Assembly (NCBI GenBank): GCA_047651235.1 | Contig: CP178758.1 | Span: 1,200,001 to 1,232,000 of the forward strand | Origin: Candidatus Electrothrix yaqonensis | GTDB taxonomy: Bacteria > Desulfobacterota > Desulfobulbia > Desulfobulbales > Desulfobulbaceae | Direction: 5' to 3' | DNA: 32,000 nucleotides | In this document: positions 8,427 to 17,374 of the stretch, piece after piece | Layout of the letters: each line of letters starts with the position of its first letter | How positions within the stretch are numbered: the first letter of the stretch is position 1 | Made by a program: the position numbers and the translations under genes | The notes under the pieces: generated by a model | Database searches by the model: none | Told to the model about the DNA's origin: nothing | Seen by the model: the letters and a program-made list of their open reading frames with translations, nothing else

Positions 8427-11400
8427 TTAGGCGGTTGTCGGTGTGCAATAATCCATGAGCTGCGCATCGATCATGGCCAGCATCTGTTTATCGTTCCAGC
8501 CCCGTACTTCCGCTGCGCTGTTCCGGCAGGTTGCGGCGCACATACCGCAGGCCTGGCAGGCCGCAGCATCCACGACAATGCGGTTATTCTCGGCATCAAA
8601 GGAACGGGCGCCGTAGGGACAGGCCTCGATACATCGTTTACAGCGCACGCACAGGGCATCATGAACAGTGGAGACCTCGCGGGCCAGGGGGATTTCCCGG
8701 CCGGACAGAAAGACCGAAGCCTTCTGGACTGCCGCTTCCGCCTGCATCACGGCCTCGCGCAGAGTCATGGGCGCATTGGCCACACCTACAGCATAACAGC
8801 CTGATTTATGGAATTCCACCGGTCGCCATTTTGGGTCAGCCTCGGCAAAAAAACCGTCCTGGTTCAGGGAAACCCCGAAAATATCCGCCAGCTCCTGATT
8901 CCCTGAATCCGCCTGAATACCGGTGGCCAGAACCAGCAAGTTTGCCGCAACCTCCAGCTCCGCATCCAGGATCGGATCCCTGAACATGACTGTGGGTTTG
9001 CCGAGCCGCACCTCCACCCTGGGTTTGTTTTCCGGGCTGTAGCTGACAAAGATCACCCCTTTACGCCGGGCCTCGGTGTAGTAGCGTTCATAGGGGCCAT
9101 AGCTCATCATATCCCGGTACAGGATAAACACCCTGACTTCCGGTTTCTTTTCCTTGATCAGCAGGGCATTCTGCAGGGCGCCCATGCAGCAGACCCGACT
9201 GCAATATTCCCGCGCCTCCTTTTCTCTGGAATCCACGCACTGAATCATAACGACCTCTTTCATCCTGCTGAAGTCGATTTCGTCAGCCCGGAGCGCCTTG
9301 CCGAATTCCGTATGGGTCATAATCCTATCCGAGTCCGCATAACTGTACGCTGTGGTCGGACTATTCTGATTGCCGGTGGCCAGAATGGTCGCGCCATGTT
9401 CAATGGAGAGAATCAGGCCGGAATCATGCTCTCTGATCTGGGTACTGTACTGCCCAGCCTGACCGCCGGAGCTGAGGATCTCGCTGTGCAGATGCACGGT
9501 GATCCGGCCGGTGTCGGCAACCCTGCGGGAGAGATCTTCAGCAATGGCCATAGGTTTGAGTCCGTCCAAGGTGGCGCTGACCTGATTGCCTGCATAACCG
9601 CCCAGTTGTTCAGTTCGTTCCACCAGATGGACCGCTGCGCCGCGTTCCGCCAGAGACAGGGCCGTGTACATGCCGACAATGCCGCCGCCCACCACCAACG
9701 CAGTCTGTTGGGGCGGAAGGATGTCGAACTGCAGGGCCGGGGTGAAACGCAGTCGGTCGATATGAGCGCGGGTTTCCCGGATCAGACGGGCAGTGAAATT
9801 CTCACCGCTGTCCTTTCCGCCCAGGGCCGCGCTGATGTCAAAGACCTTGACCAGGGAGGGATGGAAACCGGCCTGTTCAGCAATCTTCTGCAATTTATTC
9901 TGGTACAAGAACGGCTTGGCCGCGCCGATCAGCAGGCGGTTGCCTCCCGCCCGGCTGACAAGCTCGGTAAACCCGGCCAGCCCGTCGTCGCCGTAGATGG
10001 TCTCCAGGATATGCACCCTGGCCACGCTGCGCAGGGATTCCAACTCCTTGGTCAGCAGCTCAGCATCAAGCTTATCACCTTCTTTATCATTAAAGCCTTT
10101 GCAGAAGATTACTTCCAGCCGGGCCGCTTTTGTGTCCGCATCGGCATCTTCCTTCTGCTCCGCTTCCTGCTCCTCGTTCACCGTGGTGACATCCAGAGCG
10201 GCCAGGGCCTTGGCCGTCTCACCGGCTGCCGCAATGCCGCTGCTCACTGCCTCGCTGATATCGGTCAGGCCCATAAAGGAGCCGCAGATAAACACCCCGG
10301 GTTTACTGAGCCGCACCTTGCTGAGTTCGTCCGTGGGCAGGAGCCGCTGCTCGTTGACCTCCAGATTCAGCATTTCCGCAAAGCGCTGCTGTTCGGCAAA
10401 GGGGGCCTGGCCGGTGGAGAGCACGGTCAGGTCAAAGACCTCCACCTTGAACTCGTTGCTGTCCGGATCAAAATAGCGGATCTGCAGGCTGCCGTCCGGA
10501 TCAGCATAGACCTGCTGCACCCGGCAGCGGATCAGACGCACGCCTTTGTCCACCGCCTTTTCAAAATAGCGGAAATGATCCTTACCAAAGGTCCGCATGT
10601 CCATATAGAAAATGGTGGTCTCGGTGTCCGGACCGCCTTTTTCTTTGGCCAGCACAGCCTCTTTCAGGGCGAACATGCAGCAGATGGATGAGCAGTAATC
10701 CCGGCCCAGCCGCCGGTTGCGGGATCCCATGCACTGAATCCAGGCGATCCGTTTAGCCGGTTTGCCGTCCGAGGGCCGATGAATCACTCCGTCATAGGTG
10801 CCGGAGCGGCTGAGCAGGCGCTCAAAGGCCAGGGCCGTAACCACATCCGGGGACACGGCATAGGACTGCGCATCTTCAACCGTGGTGTCCCAGAGCTTCG
10901 CCCCTGCAGCCAGAATAATCGCGTTCACCTGCCGGGTCTCGATTTCCTCCTGCTGCTCGAAATCAATGGCCCCGTTGGGGCAGACCTCCAGGCAAGGCTG
11001 TTCGGTGCAGCCGCTGCAGGCATCCCGATCCACCCGAAGCATATTGGGCAGGTTATGGGGCACCATCTGATACACGGCCTTGCGCTTGGTCAGCTCATGG
11101 TTGAAGCCGTCCTCCACCTCCATCGGGCAGACCTTGATGCATTCGCCCATGCCGTTGCATTTGGCCGGATCAATATAGGCCGGTTTTCTGCGCAGATCCA
11201 CGCTGAACTTGCCCAGATCGCCGCTCACCGCTGTGACCTCGGTAAAGGGCAGGATCTCGATATTGTCGTGGTACAGGCTTTTGCGCATGCAGAACTGGGA
11301 GGCATACTCCCGCCCGACAATGGGCAGCATCCTGCAGATACCGCAATGATCCGTGGGAAACTGATGATCCAGCTTGGCCAGAATGCCGCCAATATGCGGG

Positions 11401-11516
11401 GAGGCATCCGCTATCAGAACCTTGTAGCCGGTTTCGGCCAGTTCCAGGGCCGCCTTGATGCCGGAAATCCCGGCACCGACCACCAGCACCCGGCCGATCT
11501 CTTTTTTTTCCGTCAT
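8427..11516 (-). CDS. hdrA: Large HdrA-like flavoprotein with two FAD/NAD(P)-binding HdrA modules and a C-terminal 2x[4Fe-4S] domain (1029 aa)
   Basis: Two dinucleotide-binding folds (VLVVGAGISGIKAALELAETGYKV and ALVVGGGIVGMYTALSLAERGAAV). HdrA Cys motifs are present: FPTDHCGICRMLP, and twice ...Q/IQC.GSR...YCS.(I/V)CCM.ALK. Ferredoxin-type motifs are CNGMGECIKVCP and CVRCKRCIEACP...CQACGMCAATC. AGGAG lies upstream of the ATG. Confidence 0.9.
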   Translation of the reverse strand: MTEKKEIGRVLVVGAGISGIKAALELAETGYKVLIADASPHIGGILAKLDHQFPTDHCGICRMLPIVGREYASQFCMRKSLYHDNIEILPFTEVTAVSGDLGKFSVDLRRKPAYIDPAKCNGMGECIKVCPMEVEDGFNHELTKRKAVYQMVPHNLPNMLRVDRDACSGCTEQPCLEVCPNGAIDFEQQEEIETRQVNAIILAAGAKLWDTTVEDAQSYAVSPDVVTALAFERLLSRSGTYDGVIHRPSDGKPAKRIAWIQCMGSRNRRLGRDYCSSICCMFALKEAVLAKEKGGPDTETTIFYMDMRTFGKDHFRYFEKAVDKGVRLIRCRVQQVYADPDGSLQIRYFDPDSNEFKVEVFDLTVLSTGQAPFAEQQRFAEMLNLEVNEQRLLPTDELSKVRLSKPGVFICGSFMGLTDISEAVSSGIAAAGETAKALAALDVTTVNEEQEAEQKEDADADTKAARLEVIFCKGFNDKEGDKLDAELLTKELESLRSVARVHILETIYGDDGLAGFTELVSRAGGNRLLIGAAKPFLYQNKLQKIAEQAGFHPSLVKVFDISAALGGKDSGENFTARLIRETRAHIDRLRFTPALQFDILPPQQTALVVGGGIVGMYTALSLAERGAAVHLVERTEQLGGYAGNQVSATLDGLKPMAIAEDLSRRVADTGRITVHLHSEILSSGGQAGQYSTQIREHDSGLILSIEHGATILATGNQNSPTTAYSYADSDRIMTHTEFGKALRADEIDFSRMKEVVMIQCVDSREKEAREYCSRVCCMGALQNALLIKEKKPEVRVFILYRDMMSYGPYERYYTEARRKGVIFVSYSPENKPRVEVRLGKPTVMFRDPILDAELEVAANLLVLATGIQADSGNQELADIFGVSLNQDGFFAEADPKWRPVEFHKSGCYAVGVANAPMTLREAVMQAEAAVQKASVFLSGREIPLAREVSTVHDALCVRCKRCIEACPYGARSFDAENNRIVVDAAACQACGMCAATCRNSAAEVRGWNDKQMLAMIDAQLMDYCTPTTA

Positions 11517-11526
11517 GACTGATCTC

Positions 11527-12657
11527 CTATTTTGCCTGGCCGGTTACTTCCATCAGCTCATCATGATGAAAAACCGTCAGGGGCTGCGGTTCATCCAGGG
11601 ATCTGCCCGCCTCATATTCGAAACGCTCCTGTGAAACCTTGGCTGCCGCCTTGAAGGCCAGGGTAAGGTTGACGTCATTGGGACAGGCGCTGGTGCACTG
11701 GCCGCAGCCCACGCAGAAATTGCCGATATGGGTCATCCGGGTAAGGTGATAGAAAACCGTGTCTGTGGGCATTTTCAGGCTGCCCTTCTGCTGGGCCCAG
11801 CCGAGGAACTGTTCGCCGTCGTGGCGGAAGGTATCGGTAACAAACACGCATTCCTTGCAGTAACAGACCGGACAGGCCACCCGGCAGTTATAGCAGTTGA
11901 TGCATTTGGCCATATTTTCTTCCAGGGCCTGGAAGCTGTTGATTTTTTCCCGGTACTCGTTCAATTTATTGGTAAAGGCCTCCTGTCGGGCGGCAACTAG
12001 GCTTTTCAGCGCATCTTCCCGTTTCCAGGAACCGCTGCTGCCGGAGATCCCGCTGTCGGCAAGGGCCTGCTTGCCCTTTTCGCTGACCGCTTCAATGCCG
12101 AAGGTGCCCTCCCCTGCCCCGATAACGCAGACATGCATGTCCGCATTTGGAGTCACCGGGTGTTCGCAGGTTGCACAGGCTTCAATAATGTCCTGGCCGT
12201 TGGTTTCGGTTGTGCCGGACTGGGCCGCGCGGAGAAAGGATTCCGCTGTCAGGCCCTGTTCCTGCAGGCTGGAGAAATCCTTGTTTTCAAACCTGCCGAA
12301 ACAATCCAGACCGATGAGTAAAGTATCGTCCAAGGTTGCCTGATTGAGTTTGACCAGCTCGATCAGAGCGCGGATTTCGCAGGCGCGCATCACCAGAGCG
12401 ATCTTTTTGCCGGACGGCTTGCCAGTCAGAGAGGAGGCGAGCCGGGCTGAACTCACCGGCACAACCGGAGCAAAGGGATCAACCTGAGCGGTCTGGGCCG
12501 GATCAGTGATCAGGGTCTGCATAACCGAGCCGGAGGGCTGGCGGCAGGACACCAGCACCGCATCAACTGTTTTCTTTTCCAGTAGAGCAGCAAAGAATGT
12601 GCCCAGCTCTTTGTTCAGTTCGTTTGCCGTGTACGAGATTGTAATGAAATTGGACAT
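11527..12657 (-). CDS. FrhB/FdhB-like (coenzyme F420 hydrogenase/dehydrogenase beta-type) Fe-S flavoprotein with a C-terminal 2x[4Fe-4S] domain
   Basis: The N-terminal LGTFFAALLEKKTVDAVLV... and ...MRACEIRALIELVKLN...LLIGLDCFG resemble the FrhB_FdhB N/C domains. CINCYNCRVACPVCYC and CVGCGQCTSACP are cluster motifs. It is tightly packed between mvhD and hdrA and has a GGAGAA SD. Confidence 0.7.
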   Translation of the reverse strand: MSNFITISYTANELNKELGTFFAALLEKKTVDAVLVSCRQPSGSVMQTLITDPAQTAQVDPFAPVVPVSSARLASSLTGKPSGKKIALVMRACEIRALIELVKLNQATLDDTLLIGLDCFGRFENKDFSSLQEQGLTAESFLRAAQSGTTETNGQDIIEACATCEHPVTPNADMHVCVIGAGEGTFGIEAVSEKGKQALADSGISGSSGSWKREDALKSLVAARQEAFTNKLNEYREKINSFQALEENMAKCINCYNCRVACPVCYCKECVFVTDTFRHDGEQFLGWAQQKGSLKMPTDTVFYHLTRMTHIGNFCVGCGQCTSACPNDVNLTLAFKAAAKVSQERFEYEAGRSLDEPQPLTVFHHDELMEVTGQAK

Positions 12658-12674
12658 GGGTATTCTCCGTCGGT

Positions 12675-13100
12675 TCAGGCCGCTTCCTGTTTGTTTTTAA
12701 TCGGACTGGGGCCGAGGACTTTAATTTTTTCCGTCATTTCCTGAGCAACTTTCTGGAGCATGATGCCGTCGCTCGCCGCAATCCAGCGCAGCCAGAAGCG
12801 CTCTTCGCCGATGCCGTACTGCTTGAGAATTTCAGTCAAATGGGCAACCCTGCGTCTGGCCTTGAGATTGCCGTTGAGATAGTGGCAGTCACCGGGCCAG
12901 CAGCCGCCGATCAGCACCCCGTCCGCGCCGTTGAGAAATGCCTTGATCACGTACTTCGGATCCACCATGCCGCTGCACATCACGCGGATGATTTTCAGGT
13001 TCGGCGGATAAGCCAGCCGGGACGTACCGGCCAGGTCGGCTGCGGTAAACGTGCACCAATTGCAGAAAAAGGCGACGATTTGCGGTTCAAACTCACTCAT
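12675..13100 (-). CDS. mvhD: MvhD-like (methyl-viologen-reducing hydrogenase delta subunit family) [2Fe-2S] protein
   Basis: IVAFFCNWCTFTAADLAG...IIRVMCSGMVDP...GADGVLIGGCWPGDCHY is the canonical MvhD/FlpD signature. GGAGGA SD. It is the first gene of the operon. Confidence 0.9.
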   Translation of the reverse strand: MSEFEPQIVAFFCNWCTFTAADLAGTSRLAYPPNLKIIRVMCSGMVDPKYVIKAFLNGADGVLIGGCWPGDCHYLNGNLKARRRVAHLTEILKQYGIGEERFWLRWIAASDGIMLQKVAQEMTEKIKVLGPSPIKNKQEAA

Positions 13101-13217
13101 TGGGGTTCCTCCGGGTTCTCAGGTTTGGGAGTGGTCAAATATTTAAAAAATTCTGCTGAAAAAAATAGTTGTGTTTGCCAATTTTCGACTGACTTCCTAA
13201 CTACGGTTTTTTGGGGC

Positions 13218-14900
13218 TTAATGTTGCCATCGAAACATTTCTCCTGTATTGATACTTTCGCAGTTTGACATGCAATCTCTTAAATAATTCTGCATTAAGG
13301 GTATCGAAGATAACTCGCAAATAGCTGTATTTATAACCCAATAATATTCTTCCTTAGCGGATATTGAGTTGGCAAGATTAGCTATGCTGCATAATGCAGC
13401 CGCTTCTGTTACTGCCGGAAGATTTAATGCATTCTTACGAAATCGTTCATCGCTATATTTTTTATACACCTGAACACATTTAGTTAACTCCCAGCTTATT
13501 TCGATACCTAAAAAAGTTCTAATCGCCAGATTAGCCATACTTATGTCTTTCAATAAAGTTGAATGGCTATTCAACATCGATTCAATTTTACTTTCTGGAC
13601 GACTCTCAGGAAAAATATTAGTATACAACCAGTAAATCATTATCCATACTTCCTGTTTTGATTTTTTTATTTGCGGAAGTATTTTTTCTATCTCAACCAT
13701 CAATCTACTTAAATCAGTTATTGATGACCTCGATTCAGCTTCTTGAAATAATGTTGATAATATTTTGTTTGCATCCTTTTTGGGAAGATTTTCCGTTCTC
13801 CATAACCAATATTTCGAATCAAACTCAATTTCTATTCTTCCCGGAAGGTCATCTCTCCAATCAAATTTTTCTTTTTCTACGGATGGAAGGCTAATAATTA
13901 AATTATTAATCACATGATTAGCAAGATTAAACAGACCAAGATAGGTAAGGTAAGGCTCTCCAGAAAAAGTAAACAGATAGCCCTTAGCTACTAAGTCGTG
14001 ACATCTAAGCTGATGTTGGATTGGACTAAGCTCATGTACAAACTTAGACCTCATTGAGTAGGCATTCTTGATAGCTCTTTTAAGATGACTCTTACGGAGA
14101 TGTAGCTTTGTTTCCTTTTTTTGATTTATAAAAAAAATATCATCAATATTTCTTTCTATAAAGGTAACAAAATTCTGTTGTATCTTTAAATGCCTGTCTT
14201 TAAGTAAAGTCTCTTTGATTCTTTGAGATTGTTCATTATCTATGCTTTGCAATATTTCATCTAATTCTCTACGATTTCTTTCTTCCCAATCCGCCCAAGA
14301 AGGATGGTATCCTTGAAAATCTTTTGCGAGTGATTCAAGACCGTAAATTAAAATTGAATAAGATAAATCTATATTGTATTCAAATGAATCTATAGAATCA
14401 GAAATACTTTTCAGAGCCGAAATAATCTTTTTATATGATGCTCTGTCAAGAGAAATTACTTTATCTATTATCGAAGAAAAATTTTCTGCATTTTCTTTTG
14501 TTAATCTTTTTTCAACTTCAGTAAAAGATGGTATAAATTTTGATATGGGAAAGAAACTGCTTTTTTTATTAAGCACAGGCTTGCACACACGTACTACCTG
14601 CTCTCTAAATTCTGAAAAATAACTTTGCAGCCCAAAAGTACACAGCAATTTAAATTGTTCTAATATCTCCGCGTCACCTGCTCTGACTAGGTGAAATGGT
14701 GAACTTGTATCTTTTTCAATCTGATTTTTATAACTAAAGACATAAGTTCCGATATCTCCATGATAATCTACAGGCTCTATACTTCCTATTGATGTTTCTA
14801 TAGGAGCTACCCATATAGCATTAGAAAATAAAACACCTTTTCCATTATGAATGTACCTGTCTTTGCTCGTGAAAAATTTTCCAGATATAATTTGCAGCAT
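13218..14900 (-). CDS. AT-rich 560-aa orphan protein with a HEPN-like Rx4H motif (candidate abortive-infection/defence RNase)
   Basis: A single uninterrupted 1683-nt ORF in a stretch with very low GC (one 60-nt line at 13621 counts 18 G+C; a hdrA line at 9601 counts 38). ATG start with GGTGA upstream. The central segment reads ...SILIYGLESLAKD...(~90 aa)...IKNAYSMRSKFVHELSP, with R284-x4-H289 encoded at 14034..14051. There are no TM helices or other familiar catalytic motifs. It lies immediately downstream of an R-M pair. Confidence 0.75.
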   Translation of the reverse strand: MLQIISGKFFTSKDRYIHNGKGVLFSNAIWVAPIETSIGSIEPVDYHGDIGTYVFSYKNQIEKDTSSPFHLVRAGDAEILEQFKLLCTFGLQSYFSEFREQVVRVCKPVLNKKSSFFPISKFIPSFTEVEKRLTKENAENFSSIIDKVISLDRASYKKIISALKSISDSIDSFEYNIDLSYSILIYGLESLAKDFQGYHPSWADWEERNRRELDEILQSIDNEQSQRIKETLLKDRHLKIQQNFVTFIERNIDDIFFINQKKETKLHLRKSHLKRAIKNAYSMRSKFVHELSPIQHQLRCHDLVAKGYLFTFSGEPYLTYLGLFNLANHVINNLIISLPSVEKEKFDWRDDLPGRIEIEFDSKYWLWRTENLPKKDANKILSTLFQEAESRSSITDLSRLMVEIEKILPQIKKSKQEVWIMIYWLYTNIFPESRPESKIESMLNSHSTLLKDISMANLAIRTFLGIEISWELTKCVQVYKKYSDERFRKNALNLPAVTEAAALCSIANLANSISAKEEYYWVINTAICELSSIPLMQNYLRDCMSNCESINTGEMFRWQH

Positions 14901-15031
14901 ACTTGTTAAGTCACCAACTTTACACGGAAATGGTATAAAATCTCATTCATGGATAAAGTGACCTTCCAGAGTGCGCAGAGCTTACGGAATGCGTGGAAGG
15001 TGTTGTTTACTGTTTTTTCATATTCAGCCAG

Positions 15032-16237
15032 TTACTTATTTTTCTCACACCATATTTTATCAATCAATGACCCGGCAATAATACCTGCCAGTTCAACAGG
15101 AACGGCATTACCGATCTGCCGCATACTTTCCGACCAAGAGCCTGTTATCCTGTACTCCTCATGAAAAGTCTGTAGAAGCTTCGCTTCATAGGTTGTGTAA
15201 TACCGTACAGAACCGTCAGCATTCCGCAGCATATTTTCTCCGCCCGGAACACCGTGCCCTCCGGCTTTGATCGTCTTTGAGGGAAAGTCTATAAAACTCC
15301 CGGTATGCCCCGGATAAGCCCGCGCTCCTTTCCGGAGAATATGCTCCGGGTGATAGGCCCCTTCCTCATCCGGGTGAGGAACTGCTTGCAGTGTATCCCG
15401 CACAGTACGCCACGCCTTGCTTGCAGGCGGGAAAAGCTGCGGCTGTTTTTGCAGTCTTTGGATAAAGGCGGCAGTTCGTCCGTCATAACAGGATATATCC
15501 GCCGGATTAATTTCGTGTCGTTCCCAATACTCCTTTGTAATAAACTGCGAACGAATCAATGACTCCAAAGAATGCGTCTGCTCAGGAAATGACCATTCCA
15601 CCTCCAGATCGTTTCTGATACCGACAATGACAACACGTTCTCTTCGTTGCGGAACTCCGTAATCAGCAGCATTGATCAGCCGGAAAAGAACATTATATTT
15701 TATTCCCTTATATCTCTGTGAGGTATGCGCTCTTTCAAGTCTACGGAGATGTTCTTGCCATGCTTCGGATGATCGTATTTCAAGTTCGGGATAGGTAAGT
15801 CGAAGCAATATGTATTCAAAATACGTGGAGAAAGATTTCCTCAAAAGTCCCTTCACGTTTTCAAAGATAAATACGGAAGGCGTGCATTGCGCAATGGCTT
15901 TGCAGGCATAGGGAAACATATCCCTCTGATCGGTATTTCCCCTGTGCTTCCCGCCTATGGAGAAAGGCTGACAGGGAGGACCGCCCGCAACAATATCCAC
16001 ATGTCCATATGCACCAAAATCAAAATCCCGTATATCAGTATGATGGACAATATCCGGCTGAAAATTATGTTTGAGGGTGGCAGCGGCATCTTTATTCAGC
16101 TCAACCAAAGCCTCATGCCTGACGCCCTGTTCAGCAATGCCCAGCGCCAAGCCGCCAGCCCCGGAAAACAACTCAAGGCTCTTAATATTCTTATTCGCTT
16201 CCATATTTCGCCTTGAGTGAAGCCATGAAGTCGGCAA
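15032..16237 (-). CDS. dcm: DNA (cytosine-5)-methyltransferase (type II R-M modification subunit)
   Basis: All the classic m5C MTase motifs are present: I LFSGAGGL, IV GGPPCQPFS, VI FENVKGL, VIII QRRERVVIVG and X GNAVPV. An alternative start is the ATG at 16204 (MEANKNIKSLELFSGAGG). Either start overlaps the 3' end of the upstream restriction gene. Confidence 0.92.
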   Translation of the reverse strand: MPTSWLHSRRNMEANKNIKSLELFSGAGGLALGIAEQGVRHEALVELNKDAAATLKHNFQPDIVHHTDIRDFDFGAYGHVDIVAGGPPCQPFSIGGKHRGNTDQRDMFPYACKAIAQCTPSVFIFENVKGLLRKSFSTYFEYILLRLTYPELEIRSSEAWQEHLRRLERAHTSQRYKGIKYNVLFRLINAADYGVPQRRERVVIVGIRNDLEVEWSFPEQTHSLESLIRSQFITKEYWERHEINPADISCYDGRTAAFIQRLQKQPQLFPPASKAWRTVRDTLQAVPHPDEEGAYHPEHILRKGARAYPGHTGSFIDFPSKTIKAGGHGVPGGENMLRNADGSVRYYTTYEAKLLQTFHEEYRITGSWSESMRQIGNAVPVELAGIIAGSLIDKIWCEKNK

Positions 16238-16841
16238 TGCTTTTCAGCAACAGGTTTCTGTCGCTGTGTTTCCCTCGACATTTTTCCGCCCAAAGCCGAC
16301 CGGGATGACAGACATCCCAGTCGGACATCGCCTGTTCGTATCTTCCCCTGCCGGGATCATGGTTCCCGAATCCGTCAACAAGAGTGTTCCAAAGCGGCTT
16401 GTACTTCCTGATCAATGCAGCTTCAACAGTGCCGATAAGGTCGCTTTCCGCACCTTCAAGGATCATGAATCTGCAACGAAAATCTTCTGGCTCAATACTT
16501 TCAGCAGCCTGAAGACTTCTTCCATGCTCCCGAATCCTGTTATTGAGCTCATAACTTTCCGAGCTGGCAGAACTGCCTGAACGTGCCTGCCGCCATCCTT
16601 TCGGGACCGCCTTGCCGATATAGACCGGCAGAGCATACGATGTTCGATTGATCTCGTGAAAGTCTTTATAGATTCCGGCACGAGCTGTGCAGTATATCGC
16701 ATAAACACCGGTACCCTGAAACCTTTCCGGTACCGGAATGGACAAAACAGGTGTTCCATTGAAAAATCGAATGGTGTCTTTGATTATCTCCTCAACATCC
16801 GGAGAATGAAAAACATGTTTATTGCGATCAAATCGTATCAT
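16191..16841 (-). CDS. Eco29kI-family GIY-YIG type II restriction endonuclease
   Basis: GVYAIYC...PVYIGKAVPKGWRQ (a GIY...YIG-like half-motif), NNRIREHGRS (R..EH), EAALIRKYKPLWNTLVDGFGNHDPGRGR...SDWDVCHPGRLWA. From memory, this block order matches the Eco29kI/Cfr42I family, which cuts CCGCGG. It is paired with and overlaps an m5C MTase, as in Eco29kI. Confidence 0.75.
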   Translation of the reverse strand: MIRFDRNKHVFHSPDVEEIIKDTIRFFNGTPVLSIPVPERFQGTGVYAIYCTARAGIYKDFHEINRTSYALPVYIGKAVPKGWRQARSGSSASSESYELNNRIREHGRSLQAAESIEPEDFRCRFMILEGAESDLIGTVEAALIRKYKPLWNTLVDGFGNHDPGRGRYEQAMSDWDVCHPGRLWAEKCRGKHSDRNLLLKSIADFMASLKAKYGSE

Positions 16842-16858
16842 CTGGTGCTTGAGTCACA

Positions 16859-17356
16859 TCACTTCATCAGCTTCTTCGGCCTGAGAAACACCACCAACTC
16901 CGCAGCCCCTTCAGCAAGATCCCGCCAGCGGCATCCCTTCCTTATGGCAAGCTGAACATAGCCGCAGGTCGGCACATTTTTCACCGCGCTGTTACTGAGC
17001 GCATTGCAGAAATCCGTTACCGCCGGATTATGCCCGATGATCAGCGGCTTGGTTATCGACTCATCAAGTGCCCTGCACCAATCAAAAAGTACCCTGCTGT
17101 CAAAGGTGTAGAGCTGCTCCGCAGTCTGCCACTGAATCTCCGCATTCAAGCACCTGCTGATACGTTCTATGGTTGCCTGCGCCCTGACCGCCGGGCTGCA
17201 GAAGACGTGCTCAAAACAGCACCCGACAGCAGCAATATGCTGCGCCATGAAACGGCAGGTCTTCCTGCCGCGCTTGTTCAGCGGCCTGTCAATATCTGCC
17301 AGCGAGACATCCTTCCAGCTCGACTTGGCATGGCGGATCAGGTGAATCTTTTTCAT
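16859..17356 (-). CDS. Histidine phosphatase superfamily protein (SixA-like phosphohistidine phosphatase)
   Basis: IHLIRHAKSSW (RHA catalytic motif), DIDRPLNKRG, CSPAVRAQAT and LIIGHNP, at a length (165 aa) typical of the SixA branch. Confidence 0.8.
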   Translation of the reverse strand: MKKIHLIRHAKSSWKDVSLADIDRPLNKRGRKTCRFMAQHIAAVGCCFEHVFCSPAVRAQATIERISRCLNAEIQWQTAEQLYTFDSRVLFDWCRALDESITKPLIIGHNPAVTDFCNALSNSAVKNVPTCGYVQLAIRKGCRWRDLAEGAAELVVFLRPKKLMK

Positions 17357-17374
17357 CGGTCCGATACACTCAAG

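Noticed and set aside
9312-10691. 459-aa + strand ORF (and 8531..8983, 9997..10476, 10779..11522) opposite hdrA
   Set aside because: These are antisense shadows of a GC-rich gene. The translations are low-complexity (G/A/R/H/L-rich) with no motifs, whereas the minus frame carries unmistakable HdrA FAD and Fe-S motifs over its whole length.
15887-16580. + strand ORFs 15887..16216 and 16266..16580, and nested minus ORFs 16096..16293 and 16463..16759
   Set aside because: They overlap the methyltransferase and restriction genes, whose motif sets are complete. I also looked for a small controller (C) protein gene here and found none.
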